This document shows, piece after piece, positions 22,650 through 33,590 of a stretch of DNA of 34,369 bases (positions are counted from its first letter, which is position 1; each line of letters begins with the position of its first letter). A program made the translations under genes and the position numbers. The stretch is from Octopus bimaculoides. Its lineage: Eukaryota. The stretch lies in the NCBI RefSeq assembly GCF_001194135.2, contig NC_068994.1, forward strand, positions 25,846,466 to 25,880,834, read 5' to 3'. The notes below the pieces were generated by a model. The model was not told the origin of the DNA and made no database searches. It saw only the letters and a program-made list of their open reading frames with translations.

Positions 22650-23600
22650 CTAATTAGATTTTTATTGTTTGTAGTTTTACCTACATTCAAAAGGTTGGGA
22701 TGGGATTTCACTCGAGTAGCTTCACTTCGCATATTAGATGTTTCACATTCACTCTCTTCTCTTATGTTTGTTCTACTGGTATTAATAGAACGGTTTTTAC
22801 TACTATTACAATTATTATAAAAATAATAAAATTTTATCCCGTCAATCGAGGATATAATCTGGTATAAGTTACTAGATACAGAATGACCAATTCTAAAGAA
22901 CCTACGGTTAATAATATCATAGTATCTATTTTCTTTTGTGAAATGATTGGAAAATAATTCGTATAACTTACCGACCAAATTACACTTAATCTGCATCGAC
23001 ATATGGAACAATAAACTAAACAGTTTCGTCCTCATTACGAGATGCATTATAACCTCCATATTTACGACCATTATAAGATATATAAGGTGTTTGCTTTCTA
23101 ATCTTTTTACTCCTACCCCTGACCTTACTAAAAAGATTAGAAGAACTAAGCAGTATATTGTTTCCCACAATTCGCATATCCTGCTTTTGATACTGTATTT
23201 TAATATTATCAAATTTAATATTTTTCGATTTATTCCTATTCCTATTTCCTGTTATTATTTTCCAATCCATGTTATTATGGGAAACAACTAGGTCGTTAAA
23301 ACTACCAATATCATTAGGACAATATTCCAAGTTCTGTTTAAATTATATTTACATCCAAAAACTACTTTATTTAAAAGTTTTCTACAGCATATACATCTGA
23401 CCTGCAAATGTTTCGACTGCACATTGCTTTGTATGCAATAATGCATTCTAGTTGTTCCAATTTCATCAAGGGTCCATCACTTACGGCGTTTTCAAGTGAA
23501 CTGATTGCGAAGGTGATAACGTTACTGTTTATATTCGATGGCATGCTGGTCTTGTATTCACCTCTGCTGGTATTATAGTTGAGGAGTAATTTTAAAATGT
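22650..23600 (-). pseudogene. Decayed ORF, possibly the RT C-terminal region of a Penelope-like element
   Basis: Overlapping ORFs (22589-23212, 23016-23330). FIVPY...CNLVGKLYELFSNHFTKENRYYDIINRRFFRIGHSVSSNLYQII loosely matches the PLE motif FNPP..N.GK.F..L...HF......I.N....SYS...N...II. No GIY-YIG is visible. Confidence 0.35.
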
Positions 23601-23983
23601 TTATTCAGATTTCAGTTAATTGTAGCAGTTTTGTATACATGTTGTACGGAGTACATTATTTATTCAGAGGTATTTTATTCATTTTATGTATTTTGTATCA
23701 CAAAAACTGTTACTCAGAGTAACAGATTTTGTGATATTTTTGCTGCTTTTTAAAAGAAGTATATATATATATATATATATATATATNNNNNNNNNNNNNN
23801 NNNNNNNNNNNNNNNNNNNNNNNNNNNNNNNNNNNNNNNNNNNNNNNNNNNNNNNNNNNNNNNNNNNNNNNNNNNNNNNNNNNNNNNNNNNNNNNNNNNN
23901 NNNNNNNNNNNNNNNNNNNNNNNNNNNNNNNNNNNNNNNNNNNNNNNNNNNNNNNNNNNNNNNNNNNNNNNNNNNNNNNNNNN

Positions 23984-24034
<51 letters not shown>

Positions 24035-24036
<2 letters not shown>

Positions 24037-24090
24037 CCAAAGCGTCGTGAGTGGATTTGGTAGACAGAAGCTGAAAGAAGCCTGTCGTGT
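24035..24090 (+). mobile_element. Fragment of the composite SINE family also at 26298
   Basis: GACCAAAGCGTCGTGAGTGGATTTGGTAGACAGAAGCTGAAAGAAGCC closely matches about 26409-26457. Confidence 0.8.
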
Positions 24091-24407
24091 ATGTGTATGT
24101 GTATGAGTGTGTAACACCATAAACCGGCCATATCTATCTTTATCTCTCTATCTATAAACACACACGCAGACATAGACACACACATATACAAACATATAAT
24201 TTGGATATGTTACCGCTAAAATTTGGCCTAGGCTATGTCTAAATGGATATGTTAAGTCATTTCTAAGACAAGTTTTGTGTTATAATGACCCATTCAAGTA
24301 GAGAGTTGTTATGTATATATATGAGAGAGAGACAGAAAGAAGGAGAGGGGGAGAAAGAGAGTGGAGAGAGGAGAGAGAAAGATTTTATCTACTTATCCAT
24401 ATATACA

Positions 24408-24462
<55 letters not shown>

Positions 24463-24463
<1 letters not shown>

Positions 24464-24665
24464 CACATCGTGGCACTCCGTCGGTTACGTCGACNNNNNN
24501 NNNNTGTGTGTGTATACACATCGTGGCACTCCGTCGGTTACGTCGACGAGGGTTCCAGTTGATCCGATCAACGGAACAGTCTGCTCGTGAAATTAACGCG
24601 TAAGCACTACACGGGGAGATTCAGCGTGACGCAGTGTGTGACAAGGCTGGATCTTTGAAACACAG
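24463..24665 (+). repeat. Structured interspersed repeat (SINE/LINE-tail-like), with a second copy at 33414-33590
   Basis: GGCACTCCGTCG...GAGGGTTCCAGTTGATCCGATCAAC.GAACAG.CTGCTCGTGAAATTAACG occurs here and, inverted, at 33414-33590. This copy has an internal deletion of about 40 bp. Confidence 0.8.
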
Positions 24666-24669
24666 GTTC

Positions 24670-24879
24670 AATAGAAACAGGAAGAAAGAGTGAGAGAAAG
24701 TTGTAGTGAAAGAGTACAGTGGGTACTAGTGAAAGAGTACAGCAGGTTTCCCCCCGAAGACTCGTGGAGTTTTATGTTTCTTCGCTCAATAAACACTTAC
24801 AACGCCCGGTTTGGGAATCGAAATCGCAATCCCACGATACGAGTCCGCTGCCCTAACCACTAGGCCATTGCACCTCCAC
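24670..24879 (-). mobile_element. tRNA-derived SINE 5' part, related to the 22230 family
   Basis: Minus strand box A TGGCCTAGTGG and box B-like GATTTCGATTCC, then ACCGGGCG...TTGAGCGAA and TACTCTTTCACTACAACTTTCTCTCAC. Confidence 0.78.
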
Positions 24880-25007
24880 TTATACATATATAAATATATG
24901 TATATGCGTATGTTTGTGTGTATGAGTCTGTGTGTGCGCATACATACATACATACATACATACATACATACATGCATGCATACATACATACATACATACA
25001 TATGTAT

Positions 25008-25200
25008 GTTGTCCCCCCAACATCGCTTGACAACCGATGCTGATGTGTTTACGTCCCTGTAACTTAGCGGTTCGGCAAAATAGACCGATAGAATAAGTAC
25101 AAGGCTTACAAAGAATAAGTCCTGGCGTCGATTTGCTTGACTAAAGGCGGTGCTCCAGCATAGCCACAGTCAAATGACTGAAACAAGTAAAAGAGTAAAC
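25008..25200 (+). mobile_element. 3' half of composite SINE
   Basis: CATCGCTTGACAACCGATGCTG...TAACTTAGCGGTTCGGCAAAA...GGCGGTGCTCCAGCA...GACTGAAACAAGTAAAAGAGTAA, shared with 25917-26112 and 26515-26716. Confidence 0.88.
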
Positions 25201-25916
25201 ATCATGATATTGCTTCTAATAAATCTTGATTTTTATGACTATACCAACAATGATTTCTGCCTGCTCCCTCAACCCNNNNNNNNNNNNNNNNNNNNNNNNN
25301 NNNNNNNNNNNNNNNNNNNNNNNNNNNNNNNNNNNNNNNNNNNNNNNNNNNNNNNNNNNNNNNNNNNNNNNNNNNNNNNNNNNNNNNNNNNNNNNNNNNN
25401 NNNNNNNNNNNNNNNNNNNNNNNNNNNNNNNNNNNNNNNNNNNNNNNNNNNNNNNNNNNNNNNNNNNNNNNNNNNNNNNNNNNNNNNNNNNNNNNNNNNN
25501 NNNNNNNNNNNNNNNNNNNNNNNNNNNNNNNNNNNNNNNNNNNNNNNNNNNNNNNNNNNNNNNNNNNNNNNNNNNNNNNNNNNNNNNNNNNNNNNNNNNN
25601 NNNNNNNNNNNNNNNNNNNNNNNNNNNNNNNNNNNNNNNNNNNNNNNNNNNNNNNNNNNNNNNNNNNNNNNNNNNNNNNNNNNNNNNNNNNNNNNNNNNN
25701 NNNNNNNNNNNNNNNNNNNNNNNNNNNNNNNNNNNNNNNNNNNNNNNNNNNNNNNNNNNNNNNNNNNNNNNNNNNNNNNNNNNNNNNNNNNNNNNNNNNN
25801 NNNNNNNNNNNNNNNNNNNNNNNNNNNNNNNNNNNNNNNNNNNNNNNNNNNCATACATACATACATACATACATACATACATGCATGCATACATACATAC
25901 ATACATACATATGTAT

Positions 25917-26112
25917 GTTGTCCCCCCAACATCGCTTGACAACCGATGCTGGTGTGTTTATGTCTCCGTAACTTAGCGGTTCGTCAAAAGAGACAGATAG
26001 AATAAGCACTAGGCTTACAAAGAATAAGTCCTGGGGTCGAATTGTTCGACTAAAGGTGGTGCTCCAGCATGGCCGCAGTCAAATGACTGAAACAAGTAAG
26101 AGTAAAAGAGTA
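25917..26112 (+). mobile_element. 3' half of composite SINE, second copy
   Basis: Same sequence family as 25008-25200, directly after a gap and a (TACA)n tract. Confidence 0.88.
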
Positions 26113-26297
26113 ATGTGTCCATCTGTTTTAATTTAATTAAATTCTATGTCTTTGTGCTGCTGAAGATTGATCTGCATTTATATTGATGTAATGATTGCAA
26201 TGTTAAATTAAATGGAGTTGCGTGAAACGATCGTACTGCATTACCTCTGGATATTCTTGTTGCTTATTTTGCTTATATATATGTATATTATATATAT

Positions 26298-26716
26298 AGG
26301 CGTAGGAGTGGCTGTGTAGTAAGTAGCTTGTTTACGAACCACATAGTTCCGGGTTCAGTTCCACTGCGTGGCACCTTGGGCAAGTGTCTTCTACTATAGC
26401 CTCGGGCCGACCAAAGCCTTGTGAGTGGATTTGGTAGACGGAAACTGAAAGAAGCCCGTCGTATATATGTATACATATATATATATATATGTGTGTGTAT
26501 ATGTTTGTGTGTCTGTGTTTGTTTCCCTAACATCGCTTGACAACCAATGCTGGTGTGTTTATGTCCCCGTAACTTAGCGGTTCGGCAAAAGAGACCGATA
26601 GAATAAGTACTAGGCTTCCAAAGAATAAGTCCTGGGGTCGATTTGCTCGACTAAAGGCGGTGCTCCAGCATGGCCACAGTCAAATGACTGAAGCAAGTAA
26701 AAGAGTAAAAGAGTAA
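26298..26716 (+). mobile_element. Full-length composite tRNA-SINE: head, core, internal microsatellite, second conserved domain, AAGAGTAA tail
   Basis: Box A-like TGGCTGTGTAGT and box B GGTTCAGTTCC. Core GGCACCTTGGGCAAGTGTCTTCT. (TA)/(TG) tract at about 26461-26515. 3' half as in 25008 and 25917. Confidence 0.88.
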
Positions 26717-27090
26717 TATATATATATATATATGAATAAATGCATGAATAAATAAATAAATGTATTGTGTGTGTGTATATATATAACGAAAATAGGACAA
26801 GGTAGAAATTGCTAGAATAATTTCAGTTTTTGCGACATTTTCAATTTAGAGTAAAGCAAGAAAAACAATTAAATTGTGGATAAATTAAATGAAATGCTTC
26901 TTTAAAATATTTCCATAGTCTTCAAATACACGGAACAGTTTCCATTTTTTGTCTCTCTCTCTCTTTTACTTTTGTGAAGGCTTGGTAGGTTGGTTGTAGC
27001 AGCAGATACACACACACACATATATATCTGTTCACGCACACATACCTATATATGTGTTTGAAAAGTTGAACAAAATCGCTTCCACACAAT

Positions 27091-27203
27091 ACGTATAATG
27101 AAGTGCTTTGCTCAAGAGTACAACGCAACGTCCGGTCTGGGAATCAAACCCACGATCTCGCAATCGTGAGTGCAACACCCTAACCACCAAGACATGCGCC
27201 TTC
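27091..27203 (-). mobile_element. tRNA-SINE head, same family as 6300-6485, 3'-truncated
   Basis: Minus strand GAAGGCGCATGTCTTGGTGGTTAGGGTGTTGCACTCACGAT...GGGTTTGATTCC...CTTGAGCAAAGCACTTCAT. Confidence 0.85.
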
Positions 27204-27680
27204 ATTATATATATATATATATATATACATACACATACACATAAACATATATTGGCGCTTGCATATGAGCAGGTTTCTATTCTCATCAACTATTACGAGG
27301 CAAGCTATCTCTTTAGCCTGAGTAGTTGGCAGATGTTTCTGAAGAGAAACTGATTAAATTTCGAAATCACGTGATAAAGCTTTGTCCAACTATTTCTTTT
27401 TGTGAGTGTATCTCACAAGGGGAATATCATTTAGCTTGCTGCGCCAGCTTCCGGTAAATATAATGAGGCTAGTGTTTTTTCTGGCTTTTAGGGTTAATTT
27501 TGACTCTTATTTTTAGCAATCGCCGGTGCTATTTTGCACCTTTTATTTATGAATTCCTTTTTGGTTTTTAATTGCCTGCGAGTCACTTTACTATAATGTG
27601 TTTATATATATTGGTACATGTATACTCATATAGAAACCCACACATGTACATATGTGTATATATAATCTTACATACATATA

Positions 27681-27718
<38 letters not shown>

Positions 27719-27865
27719 TANNNNNNNNNNNNNNNNNNNNNNNNNNNNNNNNNNNNNNNNNNNNNNNNNNNNNNNNNNNNNNNNNNNNNNNNNNNNNNNN
27801 NNNNNNNNNNNNNNNNNNNNNNNNNNNNNNNNNNNNNNNNNNNNNNNNNNNNNNNNNNNNNNNNN

Positions 27866-28227
27866 TGCTGCACTTGCCCTTACCTCTCCAACACCACCCT
27901 CCTCACCGGCACCCGTCATCGACCTTATATCACCGACTCATTCACCTGCACTTCTACCAATGTCATCTACTGCATCTCCTGCTCTCTCTGCCCTTCTCTA
28001 TACATCGGGCAAACGTGACGCCGCTTGGCTGACCGGTTCGCAGAACACCTCCGAGACATCCGACTCGGCAATGACACCCCGGTCTCGCGCCATTTCCGCT
28101 CTACCAGTCACTCTTTGCAACACCTGTCTGTGTTCGGATTTCCCGTTTGCACCGTGAACATGGATTAATCTTCTCACTTCGCTCCTTTGCACCACATGGG
28201 CTCAACTCTCCTCCCCTCTTCATCTAG
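27866..28227 (+). pseudogene. Penelope-like GIY-YIG endonuclease fragment (Neptune-like)
   Basis: CCTCPY...DSFTCTSTNVIYCISCSLCPSLYIGQT*RRLADRFAEHLRDI...PVSRHF...HGLN, with one in-frame stop and an internal deletion. Confidence 0.9.
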
Positions 28228-28249
28228 CATCCTCTCCTCCACCACTTTG

Positions 28250-29461
28250 ATGACATCTTAAATGCACTAAGTGAGGGCTCCAATGCGGATGTAATATACC
28301 TTGATTTCAGCAAGGTCTTTGACAGAGTCGACCACAATATACTGTTAAGGAAACTATCCAATGCTGCAGTCGGTGGAAAGCTACTTCAATAGATTAGGTA
28401 TTTCCTAAAAAACAGGACTCAGCATGTTGTGGTTGAAGGCATCAATTTAAGACCAGCAAAAGTCATCAGTGGAGTCCCGCCTGATACTGTGCTGGGTCCA
28501 CTTATTTTTATTGTCTATATCAATGACATTGCAGATTCCATTGAACATAGCACCATTAAAATATTTGAAGATGACTCTAAGCTTCAGAAAGTCATTAAGG
28601 GAGCATATGATCAAACGATGCTTCAATCGGACCTATGCGCAGTATCCTAGGTGGAACAAAAAAAAAAAAACAATATGCAGTTGAACCAAGAAAAATTTGA
28701 GCTCATCCACTTTGAAAAACAGGGCACACTCAACCAACCATATCCTCGACCGTCGAGAGACCTACTTGAACCGTCTGATAATATCAGAGACTTAAATGTA
28801 ACTGTCGACAGCAACCTTAGCTGGAGTGTGCACATCAACAAAAAAAGTCGACGTTGCCCGCAGATTGTGCTCATGGATCCTCAGAAGTTTTCAATCTAGG
28901 GATCATGAAGCCATCATCCTTCTCTTCTCTACATTCACTAGGCCCCGCCTCGAATACTGCTGCCCATTGTCGTGCCCTTACAAAAGAGAAGACATAATGA
29001 GGACCGAAGCACCACAAAGATCAATCACTAAAAAATAAATGGCATGATTAGACTTGATTATTGGACTCGACTTAAACAGCTGAGACTCTATTCTCTGCAA
29101 CGCCGCCATGAGTGATACATTATTTGCACCATGTGGAAAATATTCGACCAATATTAATCCAAATGATATCGGTATTATGTTTACAATTCACCCAAGATTA
29201 GGCCCCCATGTAATGCGTCCCCTACAAAGGTCGAGATCATATCACAAAAGAACATTGCAACACAATTTCTTCACTGCAAATGGTCCTGCTCTTTTCAATG
29301 TTATCCCGAAAGAAATTATAGTAGAAAAAGACCCCACAACTTTCAAACGGTACCTGGACAAATTCCTCCAGGAAATACCGGATAAACCACCTACACCAGG
29401 ATACGTCTCAACCAATAACAACTCTCTGTTTGAGTGGTCCATGGTGTCCCGAAATAATTAA
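28250..29461 (+). pseudogene. CR1/L2-group LINE, 5'-truncated RT and 3' end
   Basis: VIYLDFSKVFDRVDH; SGVPPDTVLGPLIFIVYIND; IFEDDSKL; RPRLEYCC; FKRYLDKFLQEIPDKP..PGY...NNNSL. Stops and frameshifts present. Confidence 0.88.
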
Positions 29462-29555
29462 CTAAAAGACTTTTCCAGGTGATGCTATTGAGTTAGTCAT
29501 GGCTAGGCCGATAATGGCCGAAACCAATTCAGTAGATAGATAGATAGATAGATAT

Positions 29556-29656
<101 letters not shown>

Positions 29657-30899
29657 TACACACATTTATTTATTTATTCATTTATTTAAAGGGTACAGTA
29701 CATGTCTTAAAGTGCTACTAATAGATTCATATGTTGAGAAATACTCAAACATTCTTGAGGCACAAACTACATATCGTAACGAACTAAAACAACTGAATAA
29801 TATAAGAAACGCGAAAAAAAAACTGAGAAGATAGCAAATAGAAAACGCAGAAAGTTAGACGTAAAATGAAAACACAAAAACTAAAATGTTAAAAGTAAAA
29901 AGGTAAAAGAGCTATCCTCCTTAGACCTTAAATTATAAGGCTGAAAAGATATCAAGTCAGTCAAAAATAGGCGGAATTTTCCAATTCTTCAAAATACATT
30001 TATACATATATTTGCAACCATTGAAAATTTCTGACCTAGCGTTCTATTATTCATTTTCTTTTACTTCATTATGATATGTGGATTGTGCCTGATGAATATG
30101 TTTGAGATATTTCTCAACATATGAGACTATGAAGAGTATTTAAGCCATGCATTGTGTCCTTTAAATAAATAATATTTATCTCTCACCAAATGGATTACTT
30201 ATTTTGTTGAATTTTCTATCACGGAACAGTACATTATATATATATATATATATATNNNNNNNNNNNNNNNNNNNNNNNNNNNNNNNNNNNNNNNNNNNNN
30301 NNNNNNNNNNNNNNNNNNNNNNNNNNNNNNNNNNNNNNNNNNNNNNNNNNNNNNNNNNNNNNNNNNNNNNNNNNNNNNNNNNNNNNNNNNNNNNNNNNNN
30401 NNNNNNNNNNNNNNNNNNNNNNNNNNNNNNNNNNNNNNNNNNNNNNNNNNNNNNNNNNNNNNNNNNNNNNNNNNNNNNNNNNNNNNNNNNNNNNNNNNNN
30501 NNNNNNNNNNNNNNNNNNNNNNNNNNNNNNNNNNNNNNNNNNNNNNNNNNNNNNNNNNNNNNNNNNNNNNNNNNNNNNNNNNNNNNNNNNNNNNNNNNNN
30601 NNNNNNNNNNNNNNNNNNNNNNNNNNNNNNNNNNNNNNNNNNNNNNNNNNNNNNNNNNNNNNNNNNNNNNNNNNNNNNNNNNNNNNNNNNNNNNNNNNNN
30701 NNNNNNNNNNNNNNNNNNNNNNNNNNNNNNNNNNNNNNNNNNNNNNNNNNNNNNNNNNNNNNNNNNNNNNNNNNNNNNNNNNNNNNNNNNNNNNNNNNNN
30801 NNNNNNNNNNNNNNNNNNNNNNNNNNNNNNNNNNNNNNNNNNNNNNNNNNNNNNNNNNNNNNNNNNNNNNNNNNNNNNNNNNNNNNNNNNNNNNNNNNN

Positions 30900-31274
30900 G
30901 GATATCAAGAGGTGATGCAGTACAACCGTTTCAAGCGGCTCCATTTAATTGAACAATGCAATCATTACATCAATTCAAATGCAGGGCTATCATCAGCTGC
31001 ATAAATAAATAAATAGAATTTCTTAATCAATGGTATATTTTAATCAGTAGTATATTCTGAGTCACATTAGTAGCAGCATGGGCCTTCTCCCTCTTCTTGA
31101 TCTATTAGATAATTTGAATAAAATTATATTAATGTTGCCAACTGTTTAAAAAATTCTATTTATTTATTTATGCAGCTGAGGATAGCCTTGCATTTAAATT
31201 GATTTAATGATTGCATTGTTCAATTAAACGGAGCCTCTTGAAACGGTCATACTGCATCACATCTTGATATCCTG
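30900..31274. mobile_element. Foldback/MITE with ~127-bp inverted arms
   Basis: 30900-31026 is the reverse complement of 31146-31272 at roughly 85-90% by eye, with a ~120-bp spacer. The right end reads GATATCCTG. The left end runs into a gap, so no TSD can be read. Confidence 0.8.
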
Positions 31275-31430
31275 TTGCTTATTTTGATTTTATTCACCTT
31301 ACTTTGAGTTGTACGGATAATACCGCACTATGCATACATACATATATGCATGTATATATATATATATTATACATTTATATACAGATATACATACATATAC
31401 ATATACACGCACACACATCCATGAATATAT

Positions 31431-31461
<31 letters not shown>

Positions 31462-31509
31462 CATACATACATACANNNNNNNNNNATATATATATATATA
31501 TATATATAG

Positions 31510-31710
31510 TGAAGCCAAACAAAGAAGAACAAAGAGGAAAAAACAATAACACGAAGACGTGGTACAAGTTCTGTATTATCAGACGCTCAGGAAAGGAAGG
31601 AAAGAGGATCTAACATTTCGAGCGAAGCACTTCTTCAGAAATAGAGGAAAGTCCAAAGCAAGGGAAGACAGAGGAAGAAAATCGCCAACGATACAGACGC
31701 GGTTACATTT
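31510..31710 (-). mobile_element. PLE-type terminal fragment with a degenerate hammerhead (31607-31643)
   Basis: Minus strand AUUU-CUGAAGA-A-GUGC-UUC-GCUC-GAAAU-GUU-AGAU. Flanks are homologous to 34215-34369 (AATCGCCAACGATAC..ACGCGGTTACA; GACGCTCAGGAAAGG). Confidence 0.8.
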
Positions 31711-32248
31711 TGAAATGACCGGAAGGGAATGGGTGAAGAAAAAATTGTCTACGACAGGAGAGTGCAAGGGAAAGAGATATGTGTGTGTATGTGTGGGTAT
31801 GTGCATGCGCGCAGGTCTGTGTATGTGTGTGTGTAATAATAGCACGTGTATGTGCGTATGTGTGTGTATGTGTGCGAGTGTGTCTGTGTGTACGTGTGTG
31901 TGTATGTATGTGTGTGTACATGTATGTGTGTGTGTGTGTGTATACGTGTGGTTGTGTATGGGTTGTGTTTGTGGGGCAAATGTGCGTTATTCTGTGTGTG
32001 TGCATGTGTGCGTGTATGTGCGTGTGTGTGTATGTCCATATATGTATAATTGTGTGCGTATATGTATGAGTGTGTGTTGTGTGTAAGAGGTATGTGTGTG
32101 TACATGCGTGAGTGTGTGTACGCATGTGTGTATATGTATGTGTGCGTGTGTGTATATGTGCGTGTGTGTGTATGTGCGTATGTGCATGTATGTGTATGTG
32201 TGTATGTGCGTGCGTGTGTATATGTGTGTGAACATGGAAATGTTTGTC

Positions 32249-32280
<32 letters not shown>

Positions 32281-32396
32281 GTTGTTGTACTTGGGGATGG
32301 TCATATTGCCAGTTTAGCCAATAAAAACACACACGCACTGTATATTTGGTGTTAATTTGCTTCAGCTTTATATTACGTTAATCTTAATCTTATTTC

Positions 32397-32441
32397 GGCC
32401 AGAGTTCTTTCGTCACACTTCTGTGACCTCATCAGTGGTCC
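32397..32441 (-). ncRNA. Minimal type I hammerhead ribozyme motif with intact core
   Basis: Minus strand GGACCA-CUGAUGA-G-GUCACA-GAAG-UGUGAC-GAAAG-AA-CUC-UGGCC. Stem II is 6 bp, stem III is 2 bp, the triplet is CUC, and stem I has 3 bp plus a mismatch. Confidence 0.78.
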
Positions 32442-33413
32442 TTTGTTTCCTTCTTTCTTATGTGTGTCTCACCTTGCTAACTATCAGCCATTTTGTATTT
32501 TGTATTCCTATTGTATGTGTCTATGCATGCGTGTCCTTCAATGTGTCTGTGTCTTTTGTAAGTGCATGTGTGTATGGGGAGTGTCTGTATCACCTATATT
32601 CTCTGTGNNNNNNNNNNNNNNNNNNNNNNNNNNNNNNNNNNNNNNNNNNNNNNNNNNNNNNNNNNNNNNNNNNNNNNNNNNNNNNNNNNNNNNNNNNNNN
32701 NNNNNNNNNNNNNNNNNNNNNNNNNNNNNNNNNNNNNNNNNNNNNNNNNNNNNNNNNNNNNNNNNNNNNNNNNNNNNNNNNNNNNNNNNNNNNNNNNNNN
32801 NNNNNNNNNNNNNNNNNNNNNNNNNNNNNNNNNNNNNNNNNNNNNNNNNNNNNNNNNNNNNNNNNNNNNNNNNNNNNNNNNNNNNNNNNNNNNNNNNNNN
32901 NNNNNNNNNNNNNNNNNNNNNNNNNNNNNNNNNNNNNNNNNNNNNNNNNNNNNNNNNNNNNNNNNNNNNNNNNNNNNNNNNNNNNNNNNNNNNNNNNNNN
33001 NNNNNNNNNNNNNNNNNNNNNNNNNNNNNNNNNNNNNNNNNNNNNNNNNNNNNNNNNNNNNNNNNNNNNNNNNNNNNNNNNNNNNNNNNNNNNNNNNNNN
33101 NNNNNNNNNNNNNNNNNNNNNNNNNNNNNNNNNNNNNNNNNNNNNNNNNNNNNNNNNNNNNNNNNNNNNNNNNNNNNNNNNNNNNNNNNNNNNNNNNNNN
33201 NNNNNNNNNNNNNNNNNNNNNNNNNNNNNNNNNNNNNNNNNNNNNNNNNNNNNNNNNNNNNNNNNNNNNNNNNNNNNNNNNNNNNNNNNNNNNNNNNNNN
33301 NNNNNNNNNNNNNNNNNNNNNNNNNNNNNNNNNNNNNNNNNNNNNNNNNNNNNNNNNNNNNNNNNNNNNNNNNNNNNNNNNNNNNNNNNNNNNNNNNNNN
33401 NNNNNNNNNNNNN

Positions 33414-33590
33414 GTAATTCAAAGGGTCAGCCTTGTCACACTGTGTCACGCTGAATATCCCCGAGAACTACGTTAATGGTACACGTGTCTGTGGAGTGCT
33501 CAGCCACTTGCACGTTAATTTCACGAGCAGGCTGTTCTGTTGATCGGATCAACTGGAACCCTCGACGTCGTAAGCGACGGAGTGCCAACA
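33414..33590 (-). repeat. Structured interspersed repeat, second copy of 24463-24665
   Basis: Reverse complement reads TTGGCACTCCGTCGCTTACGACGTCGAGGGTTCCAGTTGATCCGATCAACAGAAC...GACCCTTTGAATTAC. Confidence 0.8.

Noticed and set aside
22954-22969. ATAATTCGTATAACTT resembling a loxP arm
   Set aside because: Partial match, no spacer or second arm, and expected by chance in AT-rich DNA.
24452-24547. 43-bp direct repeat flanking a 10-N gap
   Set aside because: An exact duplicate on both sides of a placeholder gap indicates unmerged contig overlap.
29500-29530. GGCC-loop-GGCC-GAAAC at the LINE 3' end, as a possible hammerhead
   Set aside because: No CUGANGA upstream and no matching NUH strand.
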